Shown here: positions 31,702 to 43,800 of the stretch, one piece after another
How positions within the stretch are numbered: position 1 is the first letter of the stretch
Layout: every line of letters starts with the position of its first letter
NCBI GenBank assembly: GCA_946615965.1
Contig: CAMOIC010000004.1
Location: 1 to 62,892 of the forward strand
Direction of reading: 5' to 3'
Source: an uncultured Clostridia bacterium
GTDB taxonomy: Bacteria > Bacillota > Clostridia > Christensenellales > UBA3700
DNA: 62,892 nucleotides
Position numbers and translations under genes: made by a program
The notes under the pieces: model-generated
Told to the model about the DNA's origin: nothing
Databases searched by the model: none
Seen by the model: only the letters and a program-made list of their open reading frames with translations

Positions 31702-34700
31702 TTAGAATTGTGCCCTATCTTTGGCTGCTGCTCTTTTTTTAGCTTGTGCATTTTTCTTTTTCCTTTTCTTTTTGCTCTTGTTGTTCTTTGAGACCGATAC
31801 GCCTATGACAATGCCCACTATGACTATCACAACACCAGCAACTCCTCCTATAGCAATAAACTTGTTGCTGCCTGTGTTTATCCAGTCAATCAATGCATTG
31901 CTTGAACTTACTGAGCCTTCATCTTCTGTAGAACCAGCTTCTCCAATATTAATATCAATTTTTTGGCCAACATATATATAGTTGTCTTCAGCAAATACAA
32001 CTTCAGCCTTATATGTTCCTGCAGGTAATGTATTTCCTGCTCCTAATTTAGCCTCGTTTCCGTTACTATCGTAGAATCTAAATGTAACCTTTTCTTTTTG
32101 TCCATATACATTTGTGAATGTAGTATAGATACTCTTAACATCAGTTTTAGAAGTTACTTTAGATAGAACTTTTTCTAGTAATTTGAAATCTAATTCAGAT
32201 GATTTTACTGTTTTCTCTTCTATAGTTATAGCAACTTTCAATGGGAGTGTATCGTAATCAGCACTTTCAAATGTAATGGTGCCTAAATGCTCACCTGCAG
32301 AATAAGGTGCTGCGCCTTCCTCATCTTCGTCATTCTCAAAATAAGTAACAGTTACTACAGATCCATGATAGTATACGGTTGTTACGTATCTTACTCCATC
32401 ATATTCCTTGTAAACAGCAATCATCTTGCCATTATCATCTACGTCAAAACCTGTGAATTGCGCTGGATGTCTAGTGCCATCATATACATATGGCTCTGGT
32501 TCAACAACTTGCTCAATTCCTTGCATTTTAACTTTTCTTATTGTTAATACTGCAGTTACATCTTCTACATCGTAATTATCATCGATTACTCTTGCAGTTA
32601 CCTCATAATCACCAGGTCTACTGAATAAAGATAGATAAGTTGCATAATCATTAATAGGATTTCCTTCACTATCATACTCTACAAGATATCTTGTATATTT
32701 CCAGATATAATATAAATCTGCACCTTTATCAATAAATGTCTTTAGTGTTGGCTTGTCTGCAGATTCAGCCTCTGTTGTTGTATCTGCAACAAATGAATAG
32801 TAATGATCCTCGCCTTCAAAATCCTCGATTCTATCTTCAAATGTAATAACCCCACTTATTTTTGCTTTATTGATTGTAAATTTAAACTCGCCTTCAGACT
32901 CATCAAAGTATTCATCTCCTTCAAATCTAAATCTAAATCTATAAACGCCAGCATTAGTAAATGTATCCTTAAACTTAGCCTTAGAACTATCTACCCAGCT
33001 TGTTCCATCGTAATATTCGATTGTTAGGTATTGTTCATATTCATCAGTTTCTACTGCCTCTCCTGAAGCATAAGATACATACTTAATTGTATTATCACTA
33101 TTCTTAATGATTGAAGATTTTAAAGATGTAGATTCAACAGAAAGGCTTGCTTTAATTAAAGACAATGTATGTTCATTTCCATCATAATCTTCAGAATAGT
33201 CTTTTACATTTAGTGTTGTTTTTGCCTTTGTTACTTCATATTCTGTTCTATCGTATGAAGCATCTTCAAAATACTTATTTCCACTAATAGTAATATAAAC
33301 AGCATAAACACCAACTTTATTAATTGTTGTTAAAACTGTAGCTTGAGGAATGCCGTTGACTAATTCTCTATAAGTAATAGTAAAGTCTTTTTCTTCATTA
33401 TATAGGCTGTTATCCTTGTTGTTCTTAACAATATCTTCATTGCTTGGTTTAATCTTAAATCCTAGTTTTGAAGTTTTTGTTGTACTATTTTCGTCATCAG
33501 ATTCTGCTACAAAGCCATATTCATCAGTTTGCTTTGTTAAATCTAATTCTAATTTACCTTTTATAATAGAGAATGCAACATATTTTCTTGTATCGCCAAC
33601 TATATAGTTATCATCATTAATAACTAATTTTGCATAATAATCAGCTGCATCTTTAACACCCATAGAATCATTTTCTACTCTAACTGTACATTTTGAATCT
33701 GTATAGTACTCGATATCAACATTTGTTGGTTCGCCATAGATATCAGTATATGTACCAGAAACTGTATGATAAGTTCCGTCATAAACGATTCTCGTTCCAT
33801 TTGTAGTTTTGTTGTCTATTGCAGTAGTAATATTTACTCTCTTTGGAGTGATAATTACGTTAAATGTTTCTGAATCTTGAGCTAGAACATAATTTGTTTC
33901 ACCATCTAATAACTTAGTAGATACTGTATAACCTCCATCTTTTACTGGGGCATAAGTAATTACACCATCATTATTTACAGGAAGTGCACCTGATACTAAT
34001 TCTAGAGTTAATGTAATTGAAGAATTAATAGCTACTTGAATTTGTGTAGGAATATTGTCACCATACACATAACTATTTTCTATTTGTCCTTCAAAGTCTT
34101 CTTGTTTTACCTTATATGAATAAGGATTGATACTTGAATTAATATTTTCAAGTTTTGTTGGACATAATGCAAGATCTTCTTCATCTAAATATGCTTGATC
34201 AGCAAAATAGAATAAATACTTTCCTTTATAGTTTTCTATACCTGCAACGCTTAGATATACTTTTCTATTTCCGACAACAGAATCATCAAACACAACTGTT
34301 ACTTGTGTCATATCTTCTTCAATATCTGGTGCTGTTCTTGCATAGTTCTTAGAATAGATAATACTTGTTGTATCATTTAATTCTTGGTCTCCATTATATA
34401 AAACAATCTTCAAATCTGAACGTCCATAAATAGAACCATCATAGTCTTTTTGCAAGAAAGTACCTAATTGTCCTTGGCTTTGATAATAAGCTAAAGAATG
34501 CTCTAGATTACTATCATAAATATTCTCTAAAGTAATACCAATGTATGCAATAACAATCTTTACATAGTAAACTCTTGTTTCTTGAAGATCTACACCTTCA
34601 ATTGTTTGTTTACCATTTTGAATATATCCATCACCATTAGCATACACATTGCTGTATAAACCATGTTCACTGACAAGTCTCATCTTGAATGTAGCATTGT

Positions 34701-37700
34701 CTAACTCTTGGCTGAATACAAATTCATTGTTTACATTAGATTTTAATTTACCTTCATATCTTACCCAAATATCATGACCTTCTGAATCTTGTCTATATGA
34801 ATATTCCATATAAGCTCCAGAAGCACCAAACACAGGAGTAAAACCAAACTTTAGTGCGAATGGGCTGTAACCCATTTCTGATGAATAAGCTACATAAGTA
34901 CCACTATTCATTAAACCTACGTTTCTTAAATCAATGCTTACTGTATCAATAAGAGCACTAAACTCTTTTTCTACCGTATTATTTAATTCATCATAATAAT
35001 TAACAACAACTGGAGTACTATTTGATAAATGTACATAGCATAGCCATTGACCATTACTATTATTTACTGCTTGGTGACCAGTCTCGCCTGAATAATTTAT
35101 ACTACTAATACCTGATAAATTATCTAATACTTGATAAACAATAAGGATTTCTTCTTTATTCCAAATCTTTAAATCACTTTCATCAAGTTTAACTAATCCT
35201 AATGCATCTAAACCTTGCGATGTTAAATCTGCTGTAGTGTAATCAATATTAGGATCATATTCATAATATCTGATTTCATTAATAGTAGGAGCAACAGTAT
35301 CAATATATGTTGTTGCGGAAGTTGTACCGATTAATAAATATATAGTATTCTCATTATCTAAAGCACTAGGAGCTATAATATATGCATTAAATGTATATTT
35401 TAAAGCACCTGAAGCAGTTACTTCTATGCTCTTTGTAGGATCACTTCCAAATTCTGCATAAGCTGATTCACTACCACTACCAATAGCATATGTATAAACA
35501 TCAACCATATTAGCAGTATTAGCATAACTAATGTTTAAAGTATCTGATGATAACCAAGTACCATATTGCGAATGCAAAGAAATAGAGAAAATTGGATTAT
35601 CAAAAGAATCTACGCTTTCAGCATCTACTGGATTGATATAGTATATATAATTTGCGTTTGTTGTATCTTGCACTACAATATGAGCACTAGCATCATAATA
35701 TGCAAAAGTAGCAACTGTGTCATTAACACCTTGCGTTACTGTTATTTTTGGTGAGAATACGTACTTTCCTGGAAGATACCATAATGAAGAATCAACATTA
35801 GAATAAGACATATTTGTTTCTACTTCACCATTCATTACAACAAATGATGCAGACAATTGATATGCTGAATTATTTAATGCAACATCATCTCCATTCATTC
35901 TTTGTAACTTAAGAGTAGGTGCATTAATAGCCACACCATCATAATACTTACCAGTTTCTGAAATTAAATACTGAGCACTATTATTTGTATCCAAATAAGA
36001 TACTTGTGCAAATTCACCAAACGTGAAGATATTAGCACCTGAAGCATTTTGTATATATCGAATTTGTGCACCTAAATATTCTGAAGTTAAAATTATATCC
36101 TCATCTAAAGTGCCACGTTCCAATTTACTTTGTTCTCCACTCCAAATCAAATACGATGTATTTGAATCCCTAGATTCAAACGAATACACTTGAGAGTTAG
36201 ATCCATATTTTGCAGGATCTAAAGTGATATCTTTAGTTGCAATGTCCTTATATGTTTCAAAGTAATCTTTTGCTACAATTTCACTTCTTACTTGATTTGT
36301 CGCTCTTGAGAAATCAAACGAAACTTTAATGCTACCATTTGCGTTTGTTGAATATACTTCAGACCACTTTCCATATTTTATTTTTTGAGCAGAATCTAGA
36401 GTTGTATAACCTGCACCTTCAGCAGTACTTCCTTCTTGAACTGCTGCTATATAATCATAAAGAATAACAACATTTGAGATAACTGGATCTTCTCCAAGAA
36501 CATCAAACAAACAGCCAGTAATTGATTTTTCTTTTACTCCATTGCTGCTTGGGCTATCAAACCAAGAATTTGCTCTTCCTCCCTTCCAGCCAGAGATAAT
36601 ACCATTGATACTCTCAGAGCCTACATTTCCAGTAGTAATATCATTATCAGCTGTTGTTAAATAAGTACCGCCAATTGCACCACCTGAATATCCGTAACCA
36701 CCATCGTTATTTCTATTACTCTCTGAAGCATGATATACATAAGCATTAACTGTTCCTGTTCCTAAAACTGTACAATTTGATACTTTAGCTGTATTATCGC
36801 CAGCGACAATTGCACCAGCTAGTCCACCGGCAACAGAAGAACCCTTCTTTTTTCCTGTCAAATATGAAACACCATCGACAAGAGCTTCAACACCACCAAT
36901 ATTGTTAAGAGTAGTTCTTTCTAGCACACCAGATGTTCCGATATAACCAACTATACCACCTACAATACAAGTATTAAGACATCTACCTGTTCTATCACCA
37001 CCTGCAGATCCTTGACCTACAGCATACGCACCATTTAACGTAACTGAACAGTTTGAGATAGTACCATTTTTTAATAATCCACATACAAGACCAGATACAA
37101 TTGTATAACCTGAGCTGTTTGGATCATACTTTAGAGTAGTACCATCTTCTGTTGCTTGAGAGTTTGGACTTAGATTAGACTCCCAAATGAAATTACAATT
37201 CTTAATTGTGCCTTGGTTAACTGCGCACATTACGCCTTCATATGAATAACCATTGTATGGGTTAGTTGCTCCTGTGTTCTCACCTACACCCCTTGAACCT
37301 GTAAAGTCCTTATTTGTTTCAAGTGTATTATTAGAACCTGTTTCTTTACATGTAATAGTAATATCATATCCGTTACCATCTAATGTAGCTTTAAATACGG
37401 CAGTAGAACCATAGTGATTAAGAGTATTTAGATTGTACTCAATATCAGCAGCAAGTACACCAACTACATCGCTTGCATCGTTACCGCCATGAGAATTCAT
37501 AAAAGTCCATAAATCAGACGCACTAGCGATTGAAACATATGAACCATATGCCTTTGTAAGCCCCGCTTGTGATTTATGGAATCTATCTTTTACGCTATCA
37601 TAAACATATTCGTCATACTCAACGTTATCTATGGTAACTTTCTTATTTGTTTTTATTACTTTATTTGTTGAATCGTACAATAAACCATCAACAATCTCAA

Positions 37701-37863
37701 AATATGTACTATCTTGTTGAGCACCTCTGGTTGTTGCTTGTGATTCAGCATTGGCAACGCCTACCATAGACGAATCTACGGCTTGGCAAATTGCAAAACT
37801 TAGAGCGAGAATTAGTAATACTCCTATTATTGTTATTATCGATTTTTTCTTAACTATTTCCAT
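31702..37863 (-). CDS. ~2053-aa surface protein paralogous to the neighbour: beta-helix head, MBG/Ig-like repeats, C-terminal TM and basic tail
   Basis: VLAADI..LDGNGYDITI; VGGIVG/AGGLAG; NAGVY/RPGDY/PAGTY; IAIGGVAGVVIVIVGIVIGVSV-KNNKSKKKRKKK; ATG 37863 with GGAGGAG SD. Confidence 0.8.
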   Translation of the reverse strand: MEIVKKKSIITIIGVLLILALSFAICQAVDSSMVGVANAESQATTRGAQQDSTYFEIVDGLLYDSTNKVIKTNKKVTIDNVEYDEYVYDSVKDRFHKSQAGLTKAYGSYVSIASASDLWTFMNSHGGNDASDVVGVLAADIEYNLNTLNHYGSTAVFKATLDGNGYDITITCKETGSNNTLETNKDFTGSRGVGENTGATNPYNGYSYEGVMCAVNQGTIKNCNFIWESNLSPNSQATEDGTTLKYDPNSSGYTIVSGLVCGLLKNGTISNCSVTLNGAYAVGQGSAGGDRTGRCLNTCIVGGIVGYIGTSGVLERTTLNNIGGVEALVDGVSYLTGKKKGSSVAGGLAGAIVAGDNTAKVSNCTVLGTGTVNAYVYHASESNRNNDGGYGYSGGAIGGTYLTTADNDITTGNVGSESINGIISGWKGGRANSWFDSPSSNGVKEKSITGCLFDVLGEDPVISNVVILYDYIAAVQEGSTAEGAGYTTLDSAQKIKYGKWSEVYSTNANGSIKVSFDFSRATNQVRSEIVAKDYFETYKDIATKDITLDPAKYGSNSQVYSFESRDSNTSYLIWSGEQSKLERGTLDEDIILTSEYLGAQIRYIQNASGANIFTFGEFAQVSYLDTNNSAQYLISETGKYYDGVAINAPTLKLQRMNGDDVALNNSAYQLSASFVVMNGEVETNMSYSNVDSSLWYLPGKYVFSPKITVTQGVNDTVATFAYYDASAHIVVQDTTNANYIYYINPVDAESVDSFDNPIFSISLHSQYGTWLSSDTLNISYANTANMVDVYTYAIGSGSESAYAEFGSDPTKSIEVTASGALKYTFNAYIIAPSALDNENTIYLLIGTTSATTYIDTVAPTINEIRYYEYDPNIDYTTADLTSQGLDALGLVKLDESDLKIWNKEEILIVYQVLDNLSGISSINYSGETGHQAVNNSNGQWLCYVHLSNSTPVVVNYYDELNNTVEKEFSALIDTVSIDLRNVGLMNSGTYVAYSSEMGYSPFALKFGFTPVFGASGAYMEYSYRQDSEGHDIWVRYEGKLKSNVNNEFVFSQELDNATFKMRLVSEHGLYSNVYANGDGYIQNGKQTIEGVDLQETRVYYVKIVIAYIGITLENIYDSNLEHSLAYYQSQGQLGTFLQKDYDGSIYGRSDLKIVLYNGDQELNDTTSIIYSKNYARTAPDIEEDMTQVTVVFDDSVVGNRKVYLSVAGIENYKGKYLFYFADQAYLDEEDLALCPTKLENINSSINPYSYKVKQEDFEGQIENSYVYGDNIPTQIQVAINSSITLTLELVSGALPVNNDGVITYAPVKDGGYTVSTKLLDGETNYVLAQDSETFNVIITPKRVNITTAIDNKTTNGTRIVYDGTYHTVSGTYTDIYGEPTNVDIEYYTDSKCTVRVENDSMGVKDAADYYAKLVINDDNYIVGDTRKYVAFSIIKGKLELDLTKQTDEYGFVAESDDENSTTKTSKLGFKIKPSNEDIVKNNKDNSLYNEEKDFTITYRELVNGIPQATVLTTINKVGVYAVYITISGNKYFEDASYDRTEYEVTKAKTTLNVKDYSEDYDGNEHTLSLIKASLSVESTSLKSSIIKNSDNTIKYVSYASGEAVETDEYEQYLTIEYYDGTSWVDSSKAKFKDTFTNAGVYRFRFRFEGDEYFDESEGEFKFTINKAKISGVITFEDRIEDFEGEDHYYSFVADTTTEAESADKPTLKTFIDKGADLYYIWKYTRYLVEYDSEGNPINDYATYLSLFSRPGDYEVTARVIDDNYDVEDVTAVLTIRKVKMQGIEQVVEPEPYVYDGTRHPAQFTGFDVDDNGKMIAVYKEYDGVRYVTTVYYHGSVVTVTYFENDEDEEGAAPYSAGEHLGTITFESADYDTLPLKVAITIEEKTVKSSELDFKLLEKVLSKVTSKTDVKSIYTTFTNVYGQKEKVTFRFYDSNGNEAKLGAGNTLPAGTYKAEVVFAEDNYIYVGQKIDINIGEAGSTEDEGSVSSSNALIDWINTGSNKFIAIGGVAGVVIVIVGIVIGVSVSKNNKSKKKRKKKNAQAKKRAAAKDRAQF

Positions 37864-37875
37864 ATTCTCCTCCAA

Positions 37876-40800
37876 TTACTTGACAACTCTAACTTTGATT
37901 GTTGCAGATTGTGCTAATGAAGCAGCACCATATCCAACTGTAACTTTTGTAGTAAATTCGTTTTCTACATTTACTTCATAATATGTTGAGTCATAGTCGT
38001 ACTTATAACCATTTCCTGCGAATTCAATCGCTGTATAAACATCTTCCTCAACAGTTTCGTTGTCATAGTTTACACGTGTTCTAGTTGTAGCATATGTATA
38101 ATATGTTCCTGCCTTTGTAGCTGCATCTGAAGATACGTCTGCTCTGAAGTAATATGTTAGATTTGATCCATAAATAAATCCAGAGTTTGAATCTCCAAAT
38201 GATACTGGGAAGTAATTACCATTTGCTTCTCTATAAAGAACCTTATTAGCTGTAGCATAATCAATCAAATAGTTGTCTGTATATGCCTCTAATGTTTCAT
38301 CGTAATATGCATTTACTGGCTTTCCGCTATTATCTACAATACTTACTCTATAGCTTCCGCTTTCTTGTGTAATAACTGTCTTATAGAACTTATAGTAAGC
38401 TTGTTCTGAATCATAATCGGCATCGTTTGCGCCTAATACAACCTTTGAGTATGCTCCCTTGATGTAATAAGTTCCTGCTGTATAACTTGTGCCATCAAAC
38501 AAGTTGTTTGCAACTTCTGTGTATGTATAAACTGTTGGAGTCTTTGAACCTACTGTATATCCATATACTTGTGAACCAATTCTCATCTTTGTTAAGTCAA
38601 TTTGACATAATACAGAAGAAGATGTTCCATCTGTGAAGTGTACTGTCATTGTTTGAACGACTTTACCAGAACTCTTTTGTGCAGCTGTTAGGTTAATACC
38701 TTTGTAGAACAATTCATAATAATCGTTACCTTCTTTTGTCTCAACATAACTAATTTCCTTACTAGCAAATTCAACAGCAAGAGTCTTTGTAATCTTGTAT
38801 TCTCCTGATCCGAATGAGTAGTTAATTAATTGAACACCACCTTGACCAGTAACGCTTAATGTATCTAACTCCCAAGTTACAGGTAATACATATGTTTCAT
38901 AATTTGGTGTAGAAACTAATGAACATTCAATTGTATTATCTTCTGAATCAACATAGTAATATACGCCATTATTGTAGTCATACTTTAATCTTAATTCTCT
39001 TCTGAATGTTGATACTTCAGTTAATGTATCTAGTGTAGTTTCCTCATATGTCTTCTTGCTATCACTGTTGTTTACTAACTTCAAAGTATAGCCTGTAACG
39101 TATTTTACAGATAATTCATTAGCGAATTCCTTGTATGTGATATTGCCGTTACTTAAAACTTCATATTCATAAGGATTAATTTGATGATTTGTGATAGAAG
39201 ATGTATCAACAACCATTTCGCTTGATCCTCTATTTAATACTTCGATAGTAACATCGAAATACTTATAAGGAACTGTATTTGTTAAATACATTCTACCCTT
39301 TAGATTCTTTGCACCATCCATTGGGAATTTATAGTCCTTAACATCAATTTCGTTTTCGCCATCAAAGATAGTCCACTTTGCAACTGTCATTTGGTTATAT
39401 CCGCCATCTTTATAGTAAACGTTTGTCTTAGATGGAAGTGGATCATCACCTTCATAGTTAACACTAACTGGGTCAACGATTAAAATATCATTTTCAACAT
39501 CCTTAACGTCATCCTTGATAGTTACATATGCATTTTCAATTTCTCTTACATTTACTGATGCGTTAACTACATATGTTTGATAGAAAGGTGTTGTTTCTAC
39601 ATTATTGTAGTTATAGATATATTTATTAATTGAGTATTCACCTGTTGCTTCATTGTATGAATAAGGATCCTTAGTATCGAAACCTATTGCCATTGTGAAT
39701 TGGATATTATCTGTTGCGTAATCAACAGTATAACTGTCAATTTCATTCCAATCCCATGCAACTGGCATCTTTAACTTTAGTCCATTTGTGAATACTACCC
39801 ATGCTTCCTTAGGGAAGAAGCTATGCTTATCTGTAAGGTTATTATATTCATATGGGTTAATTGTTAATGATGTTTGTCTCAAAGCATCATCGAAATAAAC
39901 AGCTAATATCTCATTTCTATAAATTGTTACATTGATATCATGAGTCCACATGAAGATATCTGCTGCAGGGTATTCTGTGCTTAGAGAAACAGTTGCAGTT
40001 CTCTCTACAGCTGCAGGAATATTGTATTGATATGATGGTTCTTCATCATCTGTCTTCCATGTCCAATCAACCTTAACAAGTTCTGAATATGTATCATAGT
40101 TTACAGTAACAGTATTTGGATAAGGATTATAACTAGCATCGCCTGATAAGTATAAGTAATACTCATAAGGTTGAACTTGAACTTTATCGTTATCGTTACC
40201 GAATGCAATAGAAGTTACCTCCTTTGACTTTACAATAAACTTAATTGGTACATATTGTTCATTCCATGTGCCTTCTGCAACAACCGCTGTAATCTTATAT
40301 TCAGCAGCACTTGTATCTCTATACATAGAATCTCCAGCTGTTATTCTTCTGAATAATTCATTAGCATCATAAGTAACACCATTTTCAGTATAAGAAGTAA
40401 TCCATCTATCTACCTTAATGTAGGCAGCAGTTTCGTCTTCATACTTATAATACAATGTGCTTGGAGTATAGTCTGCAAGAGTTGTGCTTACAACTTCTGC
40501 ACCTTCCTCGTTTACCTTTGTTGCAACGAATTCGTATAAATCAATGTTAATCTCATTGTTTTCAGCGTTAGCAATAATAGTATTAGCGATTGTTGAATTC
40601 TTGTACTTAACAACAGTTGGTTGTTCTGTTCCATTAGGGAATTTTACATATACTACTTGTGTCCATGAACCATCTTCTGATTTTGGATTTACATATGGAT
40701 ATAATGTAACAATTCCTGAATCATTAACACCATTTGTCTTTGTATAGAATTGTAATTCTTCTGTTTCGAATCTTCTAGATAATCCGTCTACTGTTGTAAC

Positions 40801-43800
40801 AAAGATATATGCAGGTAATGTTGAATATACAAACATCTCTGGCATTTCAATAGTTTCAATAGCAGAACTACTTCTTACAACAAATGTGATTTCTAATTCT
40901 TGATCAATTGTGCCTTTGTTAAAGTTTGCTGAAGCCTTGATAATATACTTACCAGGTTTTGATAATGCTACAGCTTGCTTTAAGCTACTTACAGAATTAA
41001 TCTTTGTACCAACATTTGTGTTAGATGCTTCAACATAACTTCCCTTTCCATTAGAATCTAGTTTCCATTCATAGAATTTTGTTAATTCAAATGTTACGTC
41101 TGATCTACTAATGATTGGGTTATTACCATCTTTTGCTCCTAATTGATATGTAGCAACTTTATCAGCAAAGTATGATTTATATATTGATTCATATACAGAA
41201 TCATCACTGTCTGATGCATACATATATGGATCGTATGTGATTGTAGATGGGATTGAGTCCCATGTTACGGCACCTTCACCTTTCTTTACATATGTACACT
41301 TTTCATATGTGTCTGTTGTAGCGATATATACATAATTACCAGCATTTCTGTTGTAACTATATATTGGATTATCGTTCTCATCTAAGCCATCTTGAACATA
41401 ATTACCCTTTACATATCTTCCAGTATTAGGATTGTAATAATAATTACCATTTACATCATCGTATTCATAGTAACCAATAACATCTGTCTTACCTATTGAA
41501 GGGCTAACGTTCTCAATATAAATGCTTGTGAAATAGCCATCCTTTCTAGCTCCGGCTTTATATTTATCACTTAAGTCTGCATTACCATTATTATATTGAT
41601 ATGCTACAGTTTCATATTCACCTGTTTCTTCATTATAAACTTGCTTTGTAACTGCTTGGTTATGATCCACATTAGTGAAGTAGATATTTGTTAATTGACC
41701 ACGTACAATATTCAAACCTAAATGAGATTCATTGAATACCGCAAATGGAATTAATCTATTTAATAAGTCTTGTAATGTTGTCTTTACTAAACCTAAAGTT
41801 CCATCACCAATTAACCAAGAGATTCCGCCTTGACCAATTGAGTCTAGGATATCTTTTATTAATTCAGGTAATTGCTTCCATAATGAATTAAATGTAGCGT
41901 TTGCTTCAACTCTGTTCCAATAAACACTTCCTAAATAGTTGCTATCGAACTTCATTTCTTCTACATCACGAGAATTGTATGCTGTCATCTCTTGTAGATT
42001 TAGAATTGTTTCAGGTCCTAAGATGTAGTACATTAAATTATCAATTAATGAGTTTAATTCATAAGTATTGATATCAACGTCAGCATTTAATATACCTACA
42101 TGAGATTCCTTATCTGCATTTAGATATACATTAATCATATTGAATAACGAAGTAATATCTAAATTACCAAACATATAAGAAATACCTGAAGCAGCATCAT
42201 AGTTATACCAACCATATTCATTCTTGCTTACATTTCTACAAATATAGTAAGAAATATCCTCAGTATGTCTTGTAACATCCTTATCATTTTTCTTTTCTAT
42301 ATAATCGAAAGACTTATCAACTATATAAACATGGTTCACAAGTGCACTGCTTGCAGCTGGAATATTAGACTCGTCGTCAACAGAATGTTGTGATAATTGT
42401 GTTGTTTTATTTACAGCATCAACCATAAAGAACTTTGTTGTTGGGTTACTTGTTGAGTATGGTTTATAGCAATAAATAGCACCTACATTTGATTCATCAT
42501 TGATAAACTTTGTTTCACCAGATGTAGAAACAATCTTAACACCTTTTACTGTACCAACAGTTGTAAAACCAGACTCAGTAGTAGTTGTTTGATTTTCTTC
42601 AGTGCTTTGTAAAGTTGTATTACCTTCAACACCCTTATCTTCATCTTCTTCACTTTCTTCAGGAGTAATAATGCTGTTAACTAAATTGCTTAACTTGTCT
42701 AACAAGCCTTCCAATTCAGAATACAACTTATCCATACCTGTTGGTAATCCTTGTTGCTTCTCATCCTCATCTTCTGGGAACAATTCAGTGTCAATTTTTA
42801 TATAGTTTCCGATATCAATACCAAGAATGGATAAAACATTTTCTCCGAAAGTAACATGTAGTACCATTTGCTTATCAATTTCAACATAAGCAATTGGTCT
42901 CTTTGTTCCTGTTCCTGAGTTCTCAAATTCATTCTTATCAATAGCAGCAAGAGTTACTAAGAATGAACCTGCTTGCGCAGTTCTATCACTTCTTAGAGTA
43001 ACTGGAGCTTTCAACTTCTCAAGATAAATTCTTGTATATGCTTCTTCATCACCTAATGTTGATGTGCTTTGATTTAAGTCAATATATAGGCTAATATCTA
43101 AGCTATCGAAAATGTTTTCAAATAATACTTTACCTCTAATTGCATTAGCATCTGGAACATTCTCTAAGTCTAATTCATCATCAAACTTAAATTCGCCTCT
43201 AGCACCTGTTGCAATAGATAATGAAACATTAGCTGTAACAGTCTTTTCAACGCCTAAATTCAAATCTAATTTTCCGCCTAACAAATCTAACTTTCCATCA
43301 ATTTCGAAGTTTAGATACATACTGAATCCTGCTAATTCTCTGAATATTGTTTCAAATACATTTGAAGCAATATGTACAAAGATTACAGAATCTTGTGCAC
43401 TTATTGAAGATAATAATAATGCAATTAGATTATTAGATATATTGTTTTCTTCTGCAGCTGCAGGATCTTCTGCACCACTTGGGTCAGTTAATTGTTCTTC
43501 ACCAGATCCTGATACATCTTCACTTGCGCTTTCACCTGCACCAGCTTGTTCTTCTGGTTGACCAGCAGCCTCTCCGTTTCCAGCAGCCTCTCCGCCAACA
43601 AGAGCATCGCTAATTAGGTTATTTAATAAACCAGTTAATGATAAGTCACCGATGTCATCTAATAGCGCAGTAAGAGCACTACCTAAGTTAGCTACAGCTT
43701 TAACATTCTTTAATTCAAGATCTATTAAGCCAATACCCTTTAAGTCTACAATGACGCTATTCTGATAAATATATAGACCAATCCATACATTTCCTTCATA

